In this document: in pieces, positions 10,028 to 19,269 of the stretch
Position numbering within the stretch: position 1 is the first letter of the stretch
Layout: each line of letters begins with the position of its first letter
Assembly (NCBI GenBank): GCA_000934665.2
Contig: JYFJ02001969.1
Span: forward strand, 45,557 to 65,556
Direction of reading: 5' to 3'
DNA from: Catajapyx aquilonaris
Taxonomy: Eukaryota
DNA: 20,000 bases
The notes under the pieces: model-generated
The model's database searches: none
Seen by the model: the letters and a program-made list of their open reading frames with translations, nothing else
Told to the model about the DNA's origin: nothing
Made by a program: the position numbers and the translations under genes

Positions 10028-10731
10028 GACCAAGGGTGGTAACCTCAGATTTGGCTGAAACTTGCATGAGGGGTCAATCATGTGCCATAAACACAGTAGT
10101 AAAAGTCTTAAGTGACCGTTTTCAGTCATTTCCGAGATATTAGTGATAGAAACATCTGAATTTCGGCCGTGTGTAAAGGGGTATAGGAGCCTTGCCGGGC
10201 CATGCACTTGTCCCTTCCTGCCTGACAGCCAAAACTGGGATTTTTCTGGTGGAAAAGAAGGAAGGAAAGAGGGAGGGAGGGAGGGAGGGAGGGAGGGNAG
10301 GGGGGAGAGAGAGGGTGAGTGCAATAGGGCCAGGGGCTGTGTTAGGGGGGGTGGGACACCACCATATATTTTGCCTTCAATTTTTCTTAATTTTCTTCAG
10401 TCACCATGCAAGGAGGAAAGGATAATGAGGTAGGTACGGGGATTTTCCGGGGAGGAGACACAGGTGCAGGTGCAATGTCTCAAAAAGGGTCATGTGCAGT
10501 CTCCCTGGAGGCTAGTTGCCAGACACCTCCAAGGTGTGGGTCAGAGACCCTCCTGCTGACGCAGGTGAAAGGTAACTCCTGGGTGGGGATCGAACTCAGG
10601 ACCTTTCACTCAGAAAGTCGAGACATTACCGTTTCGGTCCCCACGCCTCCCCTACTCTCACCAGTGTTTTTATGGGACATGATTGACCCCTCATGCACGT
10701 TTCACCCAAATAGGAGGTTACCACCTTGGTC
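10028..10731. mobile_element. Non-autonomous DNA element with ~68-bp imperfect inverted repeats, containing a (GGGA)n tract and a nested SINE
   Basis: 10028-10096 (gaccaagggtggtaacctcagatttggctgaaacttgcatgaggggtcaatcatgtgccataaacac) is an imperfect reverse complement of 10663-10731. No clear TSD, so the repeats may be subterminal. Confidence 0.65.
10400..10652 (-). mobile_element. tRNA-derived SINE of a second family; 3' end approximate
   Basis: Minus strand reads GGGGAGGCGTGGGGACCGAAACGGTAATGTCTCGACTTTCTGAGTGAAAGGTCCTGAGTTCGATCCCC: a tRNA-like head with B box GAGTTCGATCCC, followed by a body unrelated to the other two SINEs. Confidence 0.6.
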
Positions 10732-10857
10732 TTTTTAATACAAATCCATCACCCAATTTATGTTTCTGGCACAGATTTGTCATATACAAGCACCTAGGAC
10801 TTCCATTTCATACAATGGATCGAGAAAGGGAGGGAAGGAAGGGGATCTTGCCAGGTA

Positions 10858-10936
10858 CTATCTGTACAGAAATGGTACGGACACTTGTCAAAGGTCAGCT
10901 TACCTCCGAGTGTCCGTAACATTTCCGCACTGATAG
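10858..10936. mobile_element. Tiny Tc1/mariner-type MITE (79 bp, MADE1-like architecture)
   Basis: 28-bp TIRs CTATCTGTACAGAAATGGTACGGACACT / AGTGTCCGTAACATTTCCGCACTGATAG (4 mismatches), 23-bp spacer, TA on both sides (10856-57, 10937-38). Confidence 0.8.
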
Positions 10937-11065
10937 TACATTTGTGATGACACACTAAAATTCTGCAATGAGACAACCTAAGACACCACTGACATTAAAT
11001 GCACCGAATGTGAACTTCTGTAATGGCTAAGTAACAAATATAAATAGTTGTGGGACAAGCCATAC

Positions 11066-11319
11066 CTTTGTCTTCCTGCTTTTGCTCAATCCTTTCTTAG
11101 GTCCATTAGGGGGACTGGTCACTGGATTACCATTCACATCCAAGGAAGGCTTGACCTTGTGTGAAGATTGCAAGTCAACAAAACAGTTCTGAGAAACTGA
11201 GAACATGAGATGAGGGGGCGGAAAACCTACATCGTAAGTCCCACATTCGTCCCTGTCCTTCTTCCTGTGCCTTCCTCTCTCTTCGCCATTGTCATAACTG
11301 TCCGCCTTTCCTAGAGGCC
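11066..11319 (-). CDS. Uncharacterised large protein, internal exon (5' boundary ambiguous: 11319 phase 1 or 11188 phase 0)
   Basis: Reads (G)PLGKADSYDNGEERGRHRKKDRDEC...NCFVDLQSSHKVKPSLDVNGNPVTSPPNGPKKGLSKSRKTK. Donor AAG|GTATGG at 11065 is phase 0 and matches the next exon. Two good acceptors: tacttctttccag|11319 and gttctcagtttctcag|11188. Confidence 0.75.
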
Positions 11320-11914
11320 CTGGAAAGAAGTACATAACATATAGTAGGCAGTTACAATCCATACTACTTTCTAATTAGCTGCCAAGTTATAGACTCGCAC
11401 TTATTTGTGCTGTACCTACAGACAGACAACAGTTGCAGAGTTCATGTGCACCTACAGGGGATAGTTGGATGAGGTCATAGGATTGATTTTATGGAATAGG
11501 TACCTGGAGGTATGTGGGAGTGTCATTTTAAAGTGGTATGCTTAATAAATATACGAATTGACACACCTTCTCTAACGATGGGGTAATATAGTCTTGGGTT
11601 GCCCAAGGCCAGGTCATCCAGTCCATTGCGGTGGGGAAACACGTCCTGGAAGGATCCTCCTGATCCAGGCTTCAGGGTGTGCAAATATTGCCCAAATATG
11701 TCGTGGCCAATATCACGGTGAGAGGAAGCCTACAAACCACCCAAATGGATTGACTCAAAAAATACTCGACCATGATAAGGGTACCAATACCTTCCAGTTC
11801 AAAACAACTGGTAAGTATGTAGCATGCACACAAGTTTGTTCTCGACGATAACATGTAATTGAAATATGGTCCTGATTAGTGAGGATTACTTTTGGACAGA
11901 ATACTTACACCTTA

Positions 11915-12179
11915 GGGGTCGTGCAAATACCACGTGACCATTTGGGGGGAGGGGGGGGTGTCGCCGAGAGTTTACGTGGTATCTCTGAACACGGTGAATG
12001 GGCACATAAGGGAGCTTTTACAGATGCACATGGGTTCAAAATAACGTTGAGGAGCTATCATTTTCAATCGCGGTTTTTCTGATAACATCGACATTTTAAA
12101 TAAACCACGTGAAAGGGGGGGGNGGGGGGGGGGTTCAAAAAGTGGTTTAAAAGCGGTCACGTGGTATTTGCACGACCCC
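11915..12179. mobile_element. PIF/Harbinger (Tourist-like) MITE, 265 bp
   Basis: Perfect 25-bp TIRs GGGGTCGTGCAAATACCACGTGACC; TTA TSD at 11912-11914 and 12180-12182; internal poly-G tracts and repeated CACGTG. Confidence 0.92.
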
Positions 12180-12901
12180 TTACCAAGTTCTTTTAAATTG
12201 CCACAGATTACTATTTCATTCCCTGATGCCTGGAAAAGTTTCACACAGCCATAAGATTTCATAACAAAAATGTCGGCGACTGCTGGTTAAAACAATACCT
12301 TGCATTATTACTACTAATACTCCAAACAACAAAAGTTATTGACCCGAGACCTCTTGCAGGATGTCGTAAGATTTTTGACTTGCCTAGACAATGGTACTGT
12401 TAAATACCTCGTATTTAGTGATACACAGCCAGAGAATTTTAAAACCATGCAAATACAAAGAGAACCCATCAAAACTCAACTGCCATTATTTCAAAAAAAT
12501 TTGCATCTGCACATAATGTACGGAAAACGAGAGAACAATCTGATGTCATCGTTTCTTCCATTGTTGCTTTTTGTTGACACTGTTTACTCATATTGTTCTG
12601 TGAGGGTATTTCCACGGAAACCTTGATGACGTCAGATCGTTCTCTCATTTTCAATACATTAGCTGTCAAGTCAAGTTTCTGAGCAACCCACTTAGAAACC
12701 CAACCTTACTGCTAGGTGCAGGTGCAGCAATTTCTGGAATGATGGCAGTATAACGCAATGTCCTTCATTTAATCCCTTGATCCGATTCAAGACCAGTGAG
12801 CTGTTTGAAGAGCTTTGCATTTCTTAAGGTGCAACAAAATAAACCAAGGTGATGATCTGTACACATCCCGCGGCAGAACTGGCCAAAGCAACTAAACCTA
12901 C

Positions 12902-13759
12902 CTGCAACTGCGTGAATGCAATTCCAGTGTCAGGGGCGCATTCCTTGTCACCACCCTTAAGGCCATTTCTAAACCCTGCACTAGGCGGACAACTCCTTGC
13001 TACACTGCTGGCTCCTGAAGATGAAGAGGATGAAGAAGAGGATGAGGTCCCATATCCCCCCCTGGCCAGCCGTTCTGCAGCTCCAGGATCTTCAGAGATG
13101 ATGCCTCCCCCTGACCTCATCAGTAAAGGGGTGCCTTCTCCAGCTCTCCGTCCACTACAGATCAGCTCTTTTAACTCAATCGAGTCCTTTGTGGGGTCTT
13201 CCTCCCCACCTCCCATCCCCACCCTCCCACCAACACAGCCTTCACTCGAGTCCACTTCTGGGCTCACCCTGTAGCAGGCCACTTCAGCACACCCTTCAAG
13301 GTCTATCACTGTGTCATTGTTAACAGGGCGGCACCGGATGTCAGATGAGTCTGAGAGGCTACCCCGTGGTCGGACACCACCACTGCCGCTAAAATCTAGT
13401 GGCAGGCCTGACTTTCCTCCGTCCAGTGAACCACCTTCCCTCCGCTTCTTACGTCTGCATGACCCACTAGCACTCCCGACACTATTACTGACACCACCAT
13501 GCACACCCACCAGGGGCAGCTGCTCCTCGCTAAGCAAGTTCTGCAGTGACCCCCCCCTAGTTTGCCCTGCTGACACCAGGGCAGCGCTCAGGTGCTGACG
13601 GGCCAGGCTGTGGTCTGATGCGGAAGACGATGTGGCAGCAGCAGATGAGGAGACATCCTTTCGGCGGCGACGAGATCCCCGAGCAGGCTCATGGACCCCC
13701 ACAAGGGGAGGGCTCTCTTCACCTGACTCACTCTCTGCCTCTGCTTCCTTCAGGAGATC
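12902..13759 (-). CDS. Uncharacterised large protein, Gly/Ser-rich exon (286 codons)
   Basis: Acceptor aattttgcag|GAT at 13759 and strong donor CAG|GTAGGT at 12901. Lies inside the 348-aa ORF 12824-13870; GC-rich coding-like composition; basic clusters RRRRK and RRKKRR. Confidence 0.85.
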
Positions 13760-14429
13760 CTGCAAAATTAAGCAAGTTGCATTTTGTTGCGCAAATGCTA
13801 CACGGTCATCAAAAATATTTACTACTATAGATGAATTTTTTCCTGAGCACAAGCGAGTGTGCACCCACACTCACGCAGCTCCACTGCTATGACAACAATG
13901 TTGGCAGAGTTACTCCCCATTCACACTCGCAGCCTCTGAGGTTCGCTCCCAAGCCTTGGCAACTTTGCAATCATCAGTCATATTGTCCCCCGTCCCCCCA
14001 AATGTAATATTGGAAACAAGTGTGCGGCTTATTTATCAGTACACCCACTATACAGAGAACTTAACAGCAATTGAAAATTCCAACCGTGCAGGCTGCAAGA
14101 ACTGTGGTGCGCACACGGTTGTGTTTATAAAAAAATCCATCAACAGTAACAAACATTTTTGATAACAGCTAGAACTATCTATTGGAACTCAGCTGGCGAG
14201 GTATACCCTGCCAATTCCTTCGGAAACAACTTCCTTCCTGTCCTATCCAATCATTTGCTCTCCTGCTTCCTTGCATTGCCTTATTAGTTGAGAAGTCTAG
14301 AGAAAGTGCATATTTCCAAGACTGGCATGCAACTGGTACTCTATTATTTTATGGCCCAAGCAGGTTTTTTAATACCATGATACCCAGTAAGCACAGGTGT
14401 AGCAGCAAACTACACTTTATTATGCGCAC

Positions 14430-14546
14430 CTGAAAAATTTGGCTCTTGCCCTCTCTGTCCTTTGGCAATTTGTAGTGGTAAGCTTCTTCCAAGAGATCTT
14501 TCAGCTGCCTGTCATCAAGGCCAGACACATCCGTGCTCTTCTTTTC
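14430..14546 (-). CDS. Uncharacterised large protein, most upstream exon identified (missed by the ORF track)
   Basis: Acceptor gattcttcctccag|GAA and donor CAG|GTGCGC; 117 nt, phase 0/0. Reads EKKSTDVSGLDDRQLKDLLEEAYHYKLPKDREGKSQIFQ and joins in frame to DLLKEAE of the next exon, forming a plausible helical motif. Confidence 0.85.
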
Positions 14547-15386
14547 CTGGAGGAAGAATCAAGATCACATTATTTATTGAAAAGGTGCAATAAATTCCCA
14601 AGTGGAAGAAAGAGTCACTTCCTGGTATGATGTCACTTGCTGCCAAGTCTAGCATTTATGTCACTACCCAGTGGTCTCAACCATTAAAAAGTGAAAACCC
14701 ACTCCTGTATTATCTGGGCCAATTCAATCTCTACCTGTGCCAATCATGCAGTAGGTGCCAACAAAAGCACCCAGTCAAGTTCACTTTAACATAGAGGCCG
14801 GTTCCTCTAACTATACTGTGTAACAGGCGTGCTGCCTTCATTTCACTTGCAAATAGATTATTTCATGCATATGAAAGAAATGAGCAAGAAAATTTCCATA
14901 GCCCAAGTATTCCACACAATAAACTAGGAATGAGTCTTAGAATTCTTCACAGATAAAAACTCTTTGTCCCTTTACACTGCCTCTTCAATTCCATTATACA
15001 AAACTATTCAGTGTAAGTTTATACAATCGACAACTCCTGGTCCTTTACACTAATATTTCAATTAGGTCAAGTACTATAACAAACTATCTGATTGTCACAG
15101 GAATGTATCCTCCGTTCTTCTGCATGAATCACAATGTTTCAATCTGGTTTCAATATGCCAATTTGACTCCCATTCTAGCACATTAATGAGAACACCCAAA
15201 GGCAATGCTTCCCAGTCAACATAATAAGTACCGGTAGTTTGTTCTTCATATGAAAATTCCATAATATGAATTCCCCCCCATGAACCCATCTTCAAGTATG
15301 GGCGTGAACCATACACCCAGTTGTATGCTTACAACAGTATATGTAACATGTAACTCACTGCCACACTTGCAGGTGAGGGGATAACA

Positions 15387-15595
15387 CAATGGTTCTCAAA
15401 CTTTGCCACATCGGGCCCCCCTACAGAGTAATTTCAGATTTCCCCCTATTCAGAACTGCACATTTGGCTTTTAGAACTGCACGCTACAGTAAGCCCTGAG
15501 TAGTAGTTCTTACCTAATCAGTGCGACTTTTGTCCTGTTTCGAGTCACATAATTTTTGGATTCGCCCCGCGCGCCCCACAGTTTGAGAACTGCTC
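15387..15595. mobile_element. hAT (Charlie/MER5-like) MITE, 209 bp
   Basis: Ends CAATGGTTCTCAAACT ... AGTTTGAGAACTGCTC resemble the CAGTGGTTCTCAAACT hAT-Charlie TIR. 8-bp TSD GGATAACA (15379-15386) / GGATAATA (15596-15603). Confidence 0.85.
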
Positions 15596-16300
15596 GGATA
15601 ATAGTAGAATTGAGCATCCACCAATGTTTACAGATATATGGTGGGATTGTCATGCACCCTTGCTAAATTAAATTAATTGGCAGCAACCCTTTATAAGCTT
15701 TCAGGAAAAAGTTGACTTCTGGTGGGATTCACAATCCAGGTCCAGACAAAGTGACAAATTCCAGTCACTGGGGAGAGACAGTGAGCCAATGGGAGCCAGT
15801 GCTACATGCTGGAGGCCAGGGGGTGTGCCATGTGGAATCGTGTATTATGGTCATTCGAATTCCACTGTGAACAAGAGTAGGGTGAAAGAGGTACCCTGTG
15901 CTGCTAAGTCTCCCATCTCCCCCTTCCTGTAGTATCCAGTTGGGTATACTACTTCCAAAAGCAGTTCCCAGATTGTATTCCAGCACATCAGAAAGTGAGC
16001 AAGGTGGAGATAGGCATTTAGGGTGAAAAAGGGTCACCAAAGCCAATACACTAATGTTGTGGTGACACTGCATGTGGCATCTGAATTGATGGAGGGCTTC
16101 GGCCAGGGTATCATATTACCCAAGTCCACCCCTGTAGTGGCCAATAGCAACATGGTATGAAAGTCAAAATTCAATCTGAAATGATCGCTCCAGAATAGAT
16201 AAACTACAGTAGTCTTCAGTCCAATGCTGGATAACATCTCATGTAGCCTACTTGTCCAAGCATGCATTTTCAACTGATAATCTGATTCAGATCCCATATA

Positions 16301-16602
16301 CACTGTACTCCGATTATCTGGGTGAGGATTATCCATGCACGGCCAAAACAAAGGAAAATAAATGAAAGTCCGAAAAAAATGACTGCCTCGCAGACAAAGA
16401 AATAGACTTTTTCTAGAAGACAAACTAAAAATGTACGAGAAGTTTCATTATTTTGATTAAACCTTATTTAAAGTATCTTACAGTACATACAGTAGCTCAT
16501 TAAAAACCTTTGAACAGCTCACTTTTACGGTATCTACCACCATATTCCGATTATCTGGGGACACCCTTGCAGTCATTAGCGGGGACTATTGGGAGTACAG
16601 TG
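16301..16602. mobile_element. pogo/Tigger-like MITE, 302 bp
   Basis: TIRs CACTGTACTCC / GGAGTACAGTG flanked by TA on both sides; the motif CCGATTATCTGGG is repeated near both ends, as is typical of pogo-type elements. Confidence 0.75.
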
Positions 16603-16847
16603 TATTGCCAACAACATGTGAAAACCAACCTGCTTGGACTATTTTCAGCAAAGGAGCTATGATTTGAGGCTATGACCCAAGACTTCATGAACACAAATGC
16701 CTGAAGGTTGCAGTGGCGATGGCATGGGAGAGCAATCAGAATAACAGCATTGCATGCACACTCCAATAACTCCATACAAGCACAGCTTGTGCAGCAACAT
16801 GACTACAAATTATGCCATGACAAAGAGTTAAGCTTTACATCCAAAAT

Positions 16848-17132
16848 ACCGAAGCAGGTTGGCATAGTGGATAAGGCGTCCGACTGCTAATCGGGAGGTC
16901 CTGGGTTCGAATCCCGGGGTCGGCAACTCTGACCGTGGTTTTCTGTGGTTTTCCACGGTCCTTCCAGGAAAATTCTGGAGTTGTTCCCGTAATTAATAGG
17001 CCACAGCCGCTTCCTTCCGTCCCTATCCTATCCCAAAAAGCGCAGTAAAATGAAAGCAAAGAGTTCCAGGCAAAACAAAAACTTCCCCCCTAAAGAGCCG
17101 ATAGGCTGATAACGGGGTATGAATTATTATTA
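16848..17132 (+). mobile_element. tRNA-derived SINE, full-length copy 1
   Basis: A box TGGCATAGTGG, B box GGTTCGAATCC, central GTGGTTTTCTGTGGTTTTCC...CCAGGAAAATTCTGG core of the kind seen in insect SINEs, (ATT)n tail. 14-bp TSD TTTA(C/T)ATCCAAAAT at 16834-16847 / 17133-17146. About 90% identical by eye to copy 2. Confidence 0.93.
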
Positions 17133-17322
17133 TTTATATCCAAAATCATAATTCTGCGGATTGGTGTTGATTGGCAGCAGCCAGCTCAAGTCTATGTAGG
17201 ATTACCCAACAAAACCTAACCTTCAGAATGTGCCTAGGTGTAGATACTAGCCATCCCCGGACTCTGGTATAAAAGCAACGGTCATGCAACAGTTCACATT
17301 GCCATCCATACCAGAAAAAACA

Positions 17323-17460
17323 CCAGGAGATGGATTCATCAAATGCCATAATTCAAATTTTTGTTGTAACTGGTAGTAACCATAGTTAGTTCATTAGTAA
17401 CTATGCTTACTACCGGTTACGACGAAAACTTGACTACGACATTTGATGAATCCACCCCGG
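17323..17460. mobile_element. Palindromic MITE-like element (~63-bp arms, short loop), possibly Harbinger-type
   Basis: 17326-17388 ggagatggattcatcaaatgccataattcaaatttttgttgtaactggtagtaaccatagtta is an imperfect reverse complement of 17398-17458. Confidence 0.75.
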
Positions 17461-17995
17461 ATTCACCCCTACGATTGCAGTGTTTGTGTCTGGTGCTGCC
17501 CAGTCTCTGACTATCCTGATCTACCGCATTCTCATTTTTCTGCAGCTGCTGCCAGATAGGTTTCTCAGTTACACCTATTTTAGGGGTGGTAGCCCTAAGT
17601 AAGACTGTAGCATAGCATTTCAACAATTAATTTTTTTTCAACATCTTGTTCTTCTTATTACATTTTTTTATTCGCCTTAACTCAAGTTCTGTTGTAGGTA
17701 GAGCTTCCAAATTTTGAACACGGCGTGAAGTGCATTCCTACCATTTATCGCTAAACTGAATTCCTCTTCGAAATGCCGCAAAAAATTTAAAACCACTAAA
17801 TAATACATTTTCATTTTTTTGCTCCATAACTATTCGGAATTTGGGTTCTTCATCAAAGGCCGAATGTACAGTAGGATGGTGCGGATCAATGTTCAAAACC
17901 TCACAGTTCCACCTAGTACAGGATTGAAGTCATGATTTTTATTAGTTCCGTCATCACCTAGCAATGTCAATTCATGTTTACAAATTGGCCACATT

Positions 17996-18141
17996 GGGGC
18001 CATGCAGACGGGCCAAGCCCGGCCACGGCCGCGACGGTTCACACCTAAGGGGCCCCCTAGCAACGCCACGGCCAGGCCATGGGCGACCTTCCTGGAAGTT
18101 GGCCAGGGCCGCGGCCAAGCTTGGCCCGTCTGCATGGCCCC
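17996..18141. mobile_element. GC-rich MITE, 146 bp, Harbinger-like termini
   Basis: Perfect 23-bp TIRs GGGGCCATGCAGACGGGCCAAGC, extendable to ~35 bp with 3 mismatches. Flanks ATT/TTT give only an imperfect 3-bp TSD. Confidence 0.85.
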
Positions 18142-18183
18142 TTTGTTTCTCTGCTCTGGGGTGAACGCCATCGCAAGGTATTA

Positions 18184-18528
18184 AGGCCATTTCACAAAAA
18201 GATTTTGCGGCAGCGTCAAGCGGCAAACACGTCGCAGTGCAGTTCACATGAAAATTTTGCCGCGCGTCGGAGTTTGTCACGCGACAAATATCCCGCACTG
18301 CAAGAACAGGCCAGCCAGAATTTGGCGCGCGGTGAATATGACGCAGCCAATAGGGAGTCGTGGTTGTCGGTCACGTGACTGCTATGAGCATGCACCCCAG
18401 ACTTGTCGCTAGTCGTCATTCGTGTCGCAGCTCCTTTTGTGTTTGCACACACGGCAAACCGAGGCGATGCGACAAATATGCTGCAACGCGCGCCGTTTGC
18501 CGCGCGATTTTTTTTTGTGAAACGGCCT
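18184..18528. mobile_element. PIF/Harbinger (Tourist-like) MITE, 345 bp
   Basis: TIRs AGGCCATTTCACAAAAA / TTTTTGTGAAACGGCCT; TTA TSD at 18181-18183 and 18529-18531; CpG-rich internal short inverted repeats. Confidence 0.85.
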
Positions 18529-18986
18529 TTACTTGCCAACTCTTAAGCTGATTTAATTATGAAATTATGTTACAGTATGTGGAATATCTACCTTGAGAAA
18601 CGAGCCAAACAAATTTGCTGGAATCGTCGCATTTCGCGAAAATTAAATAAGTTTGGGAGTTTTCAGATCTGACAGAGGCAAGCTGCAGATATGTATCGAT
18701 TTAATTCTTGCAACGTACCGCGACCAATCGAAAAATGCCCTCCAAAATTCACCAATTTACATTTACATGTGAAAAATGTCAAAATCAGCACCTAAAAGAG
18801 GTGACGATTCTGCATGAATGTTTCATGGCAATAATTCGCACCAATCGTATAGAAATTCAATGTGCTTAATATTGACGTTCCTAATTTCAGAAAACACTTA
18901 TATGGAGTGGCTCACGAAAAATTAATGGGTGGAATTTCCATCGTACTTCAAACAAGAATATCTCGAAATGACAAAAAGCCGAGATA

Positions 18987-19269
18987 ACCGAAGCAGTTTG
19001 GAGTAGGGGATATGGTGTCCGACTGCTAATCGGGAGGTCCTGGGATCAAATCCCGGGGCCGGCAACTCTGACCGTGGTATTCTGTGGTTTCCCATGGTCA
19101 TTCCAGGAAAATTCCGGAGTTGTTTCCGTAATTAATACGCCACAGACGCTTCCTTCCGTCCCTATCCCATACCAAAAAGCGCAGTAAAATGAAGGCAGAG
19201 AGTTCCAGGCAAAACAAAAAACTTTCCCCCTAAAAGAGCCGATAGGCTGATAACAAGGTATGAATTATG
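18987..19269 (+). mobile_element. tRNA-derived SINE, full-length copy 2 (same family as 16848-17132)
   Basis: End-to-end similarity to copy 1; perfect 12-bp TSD AAAGCCGAGATA at 18975-18986 / 19270-19281; A and B boxes mutated. Confidence 0.93.

Noticed and set aside
11594..11851. Plus-strand ORF with a perfect CTG|GTAAGT donor at ~11811 (possible antisense exon)
   Set aside because: No recognisable protein, acceptor or partner exon; cannot be supported from sequence alone.
10298..12123. Single N bases at 10298 and 12123
   Set aside because: Both sit in G homopolymer tracts and are assembly ambiguities, not biology.
12849..13892. Plus-strand ORFs of 141, 95, 70 and 86 aa
   Set aside because: Antisense shadows of the 13759-12902 exon.
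14900..15320. Possible decayed LINE reverse-transcriptase fragment
   Set aside because: Only vague peptide resemblance with multiple stops; insufficient without a search.
16854..16925. Functional tRNA-Ser(GCT) gene
   Set aside because: Imperfect acceptor stem, no long variable arm, and embedded in a 285-bp TSD-flanked unit repeated at 18987: it is a SINE head.
17417..17626. 69-aa minus ORF as the missing first exon of the large gene
   Set aside because: Starts at TTG, runs into a palindromic MITE, and has no convincing in-frame phase-0 donor.
17893..18551. Cluster of short ORFs on both strands with mirrored peptides (MQTGQA...WPVCMAP)
   Set aside because: Produced by the GC-rich inverted repeats of two MITEs; no transposase motifs.
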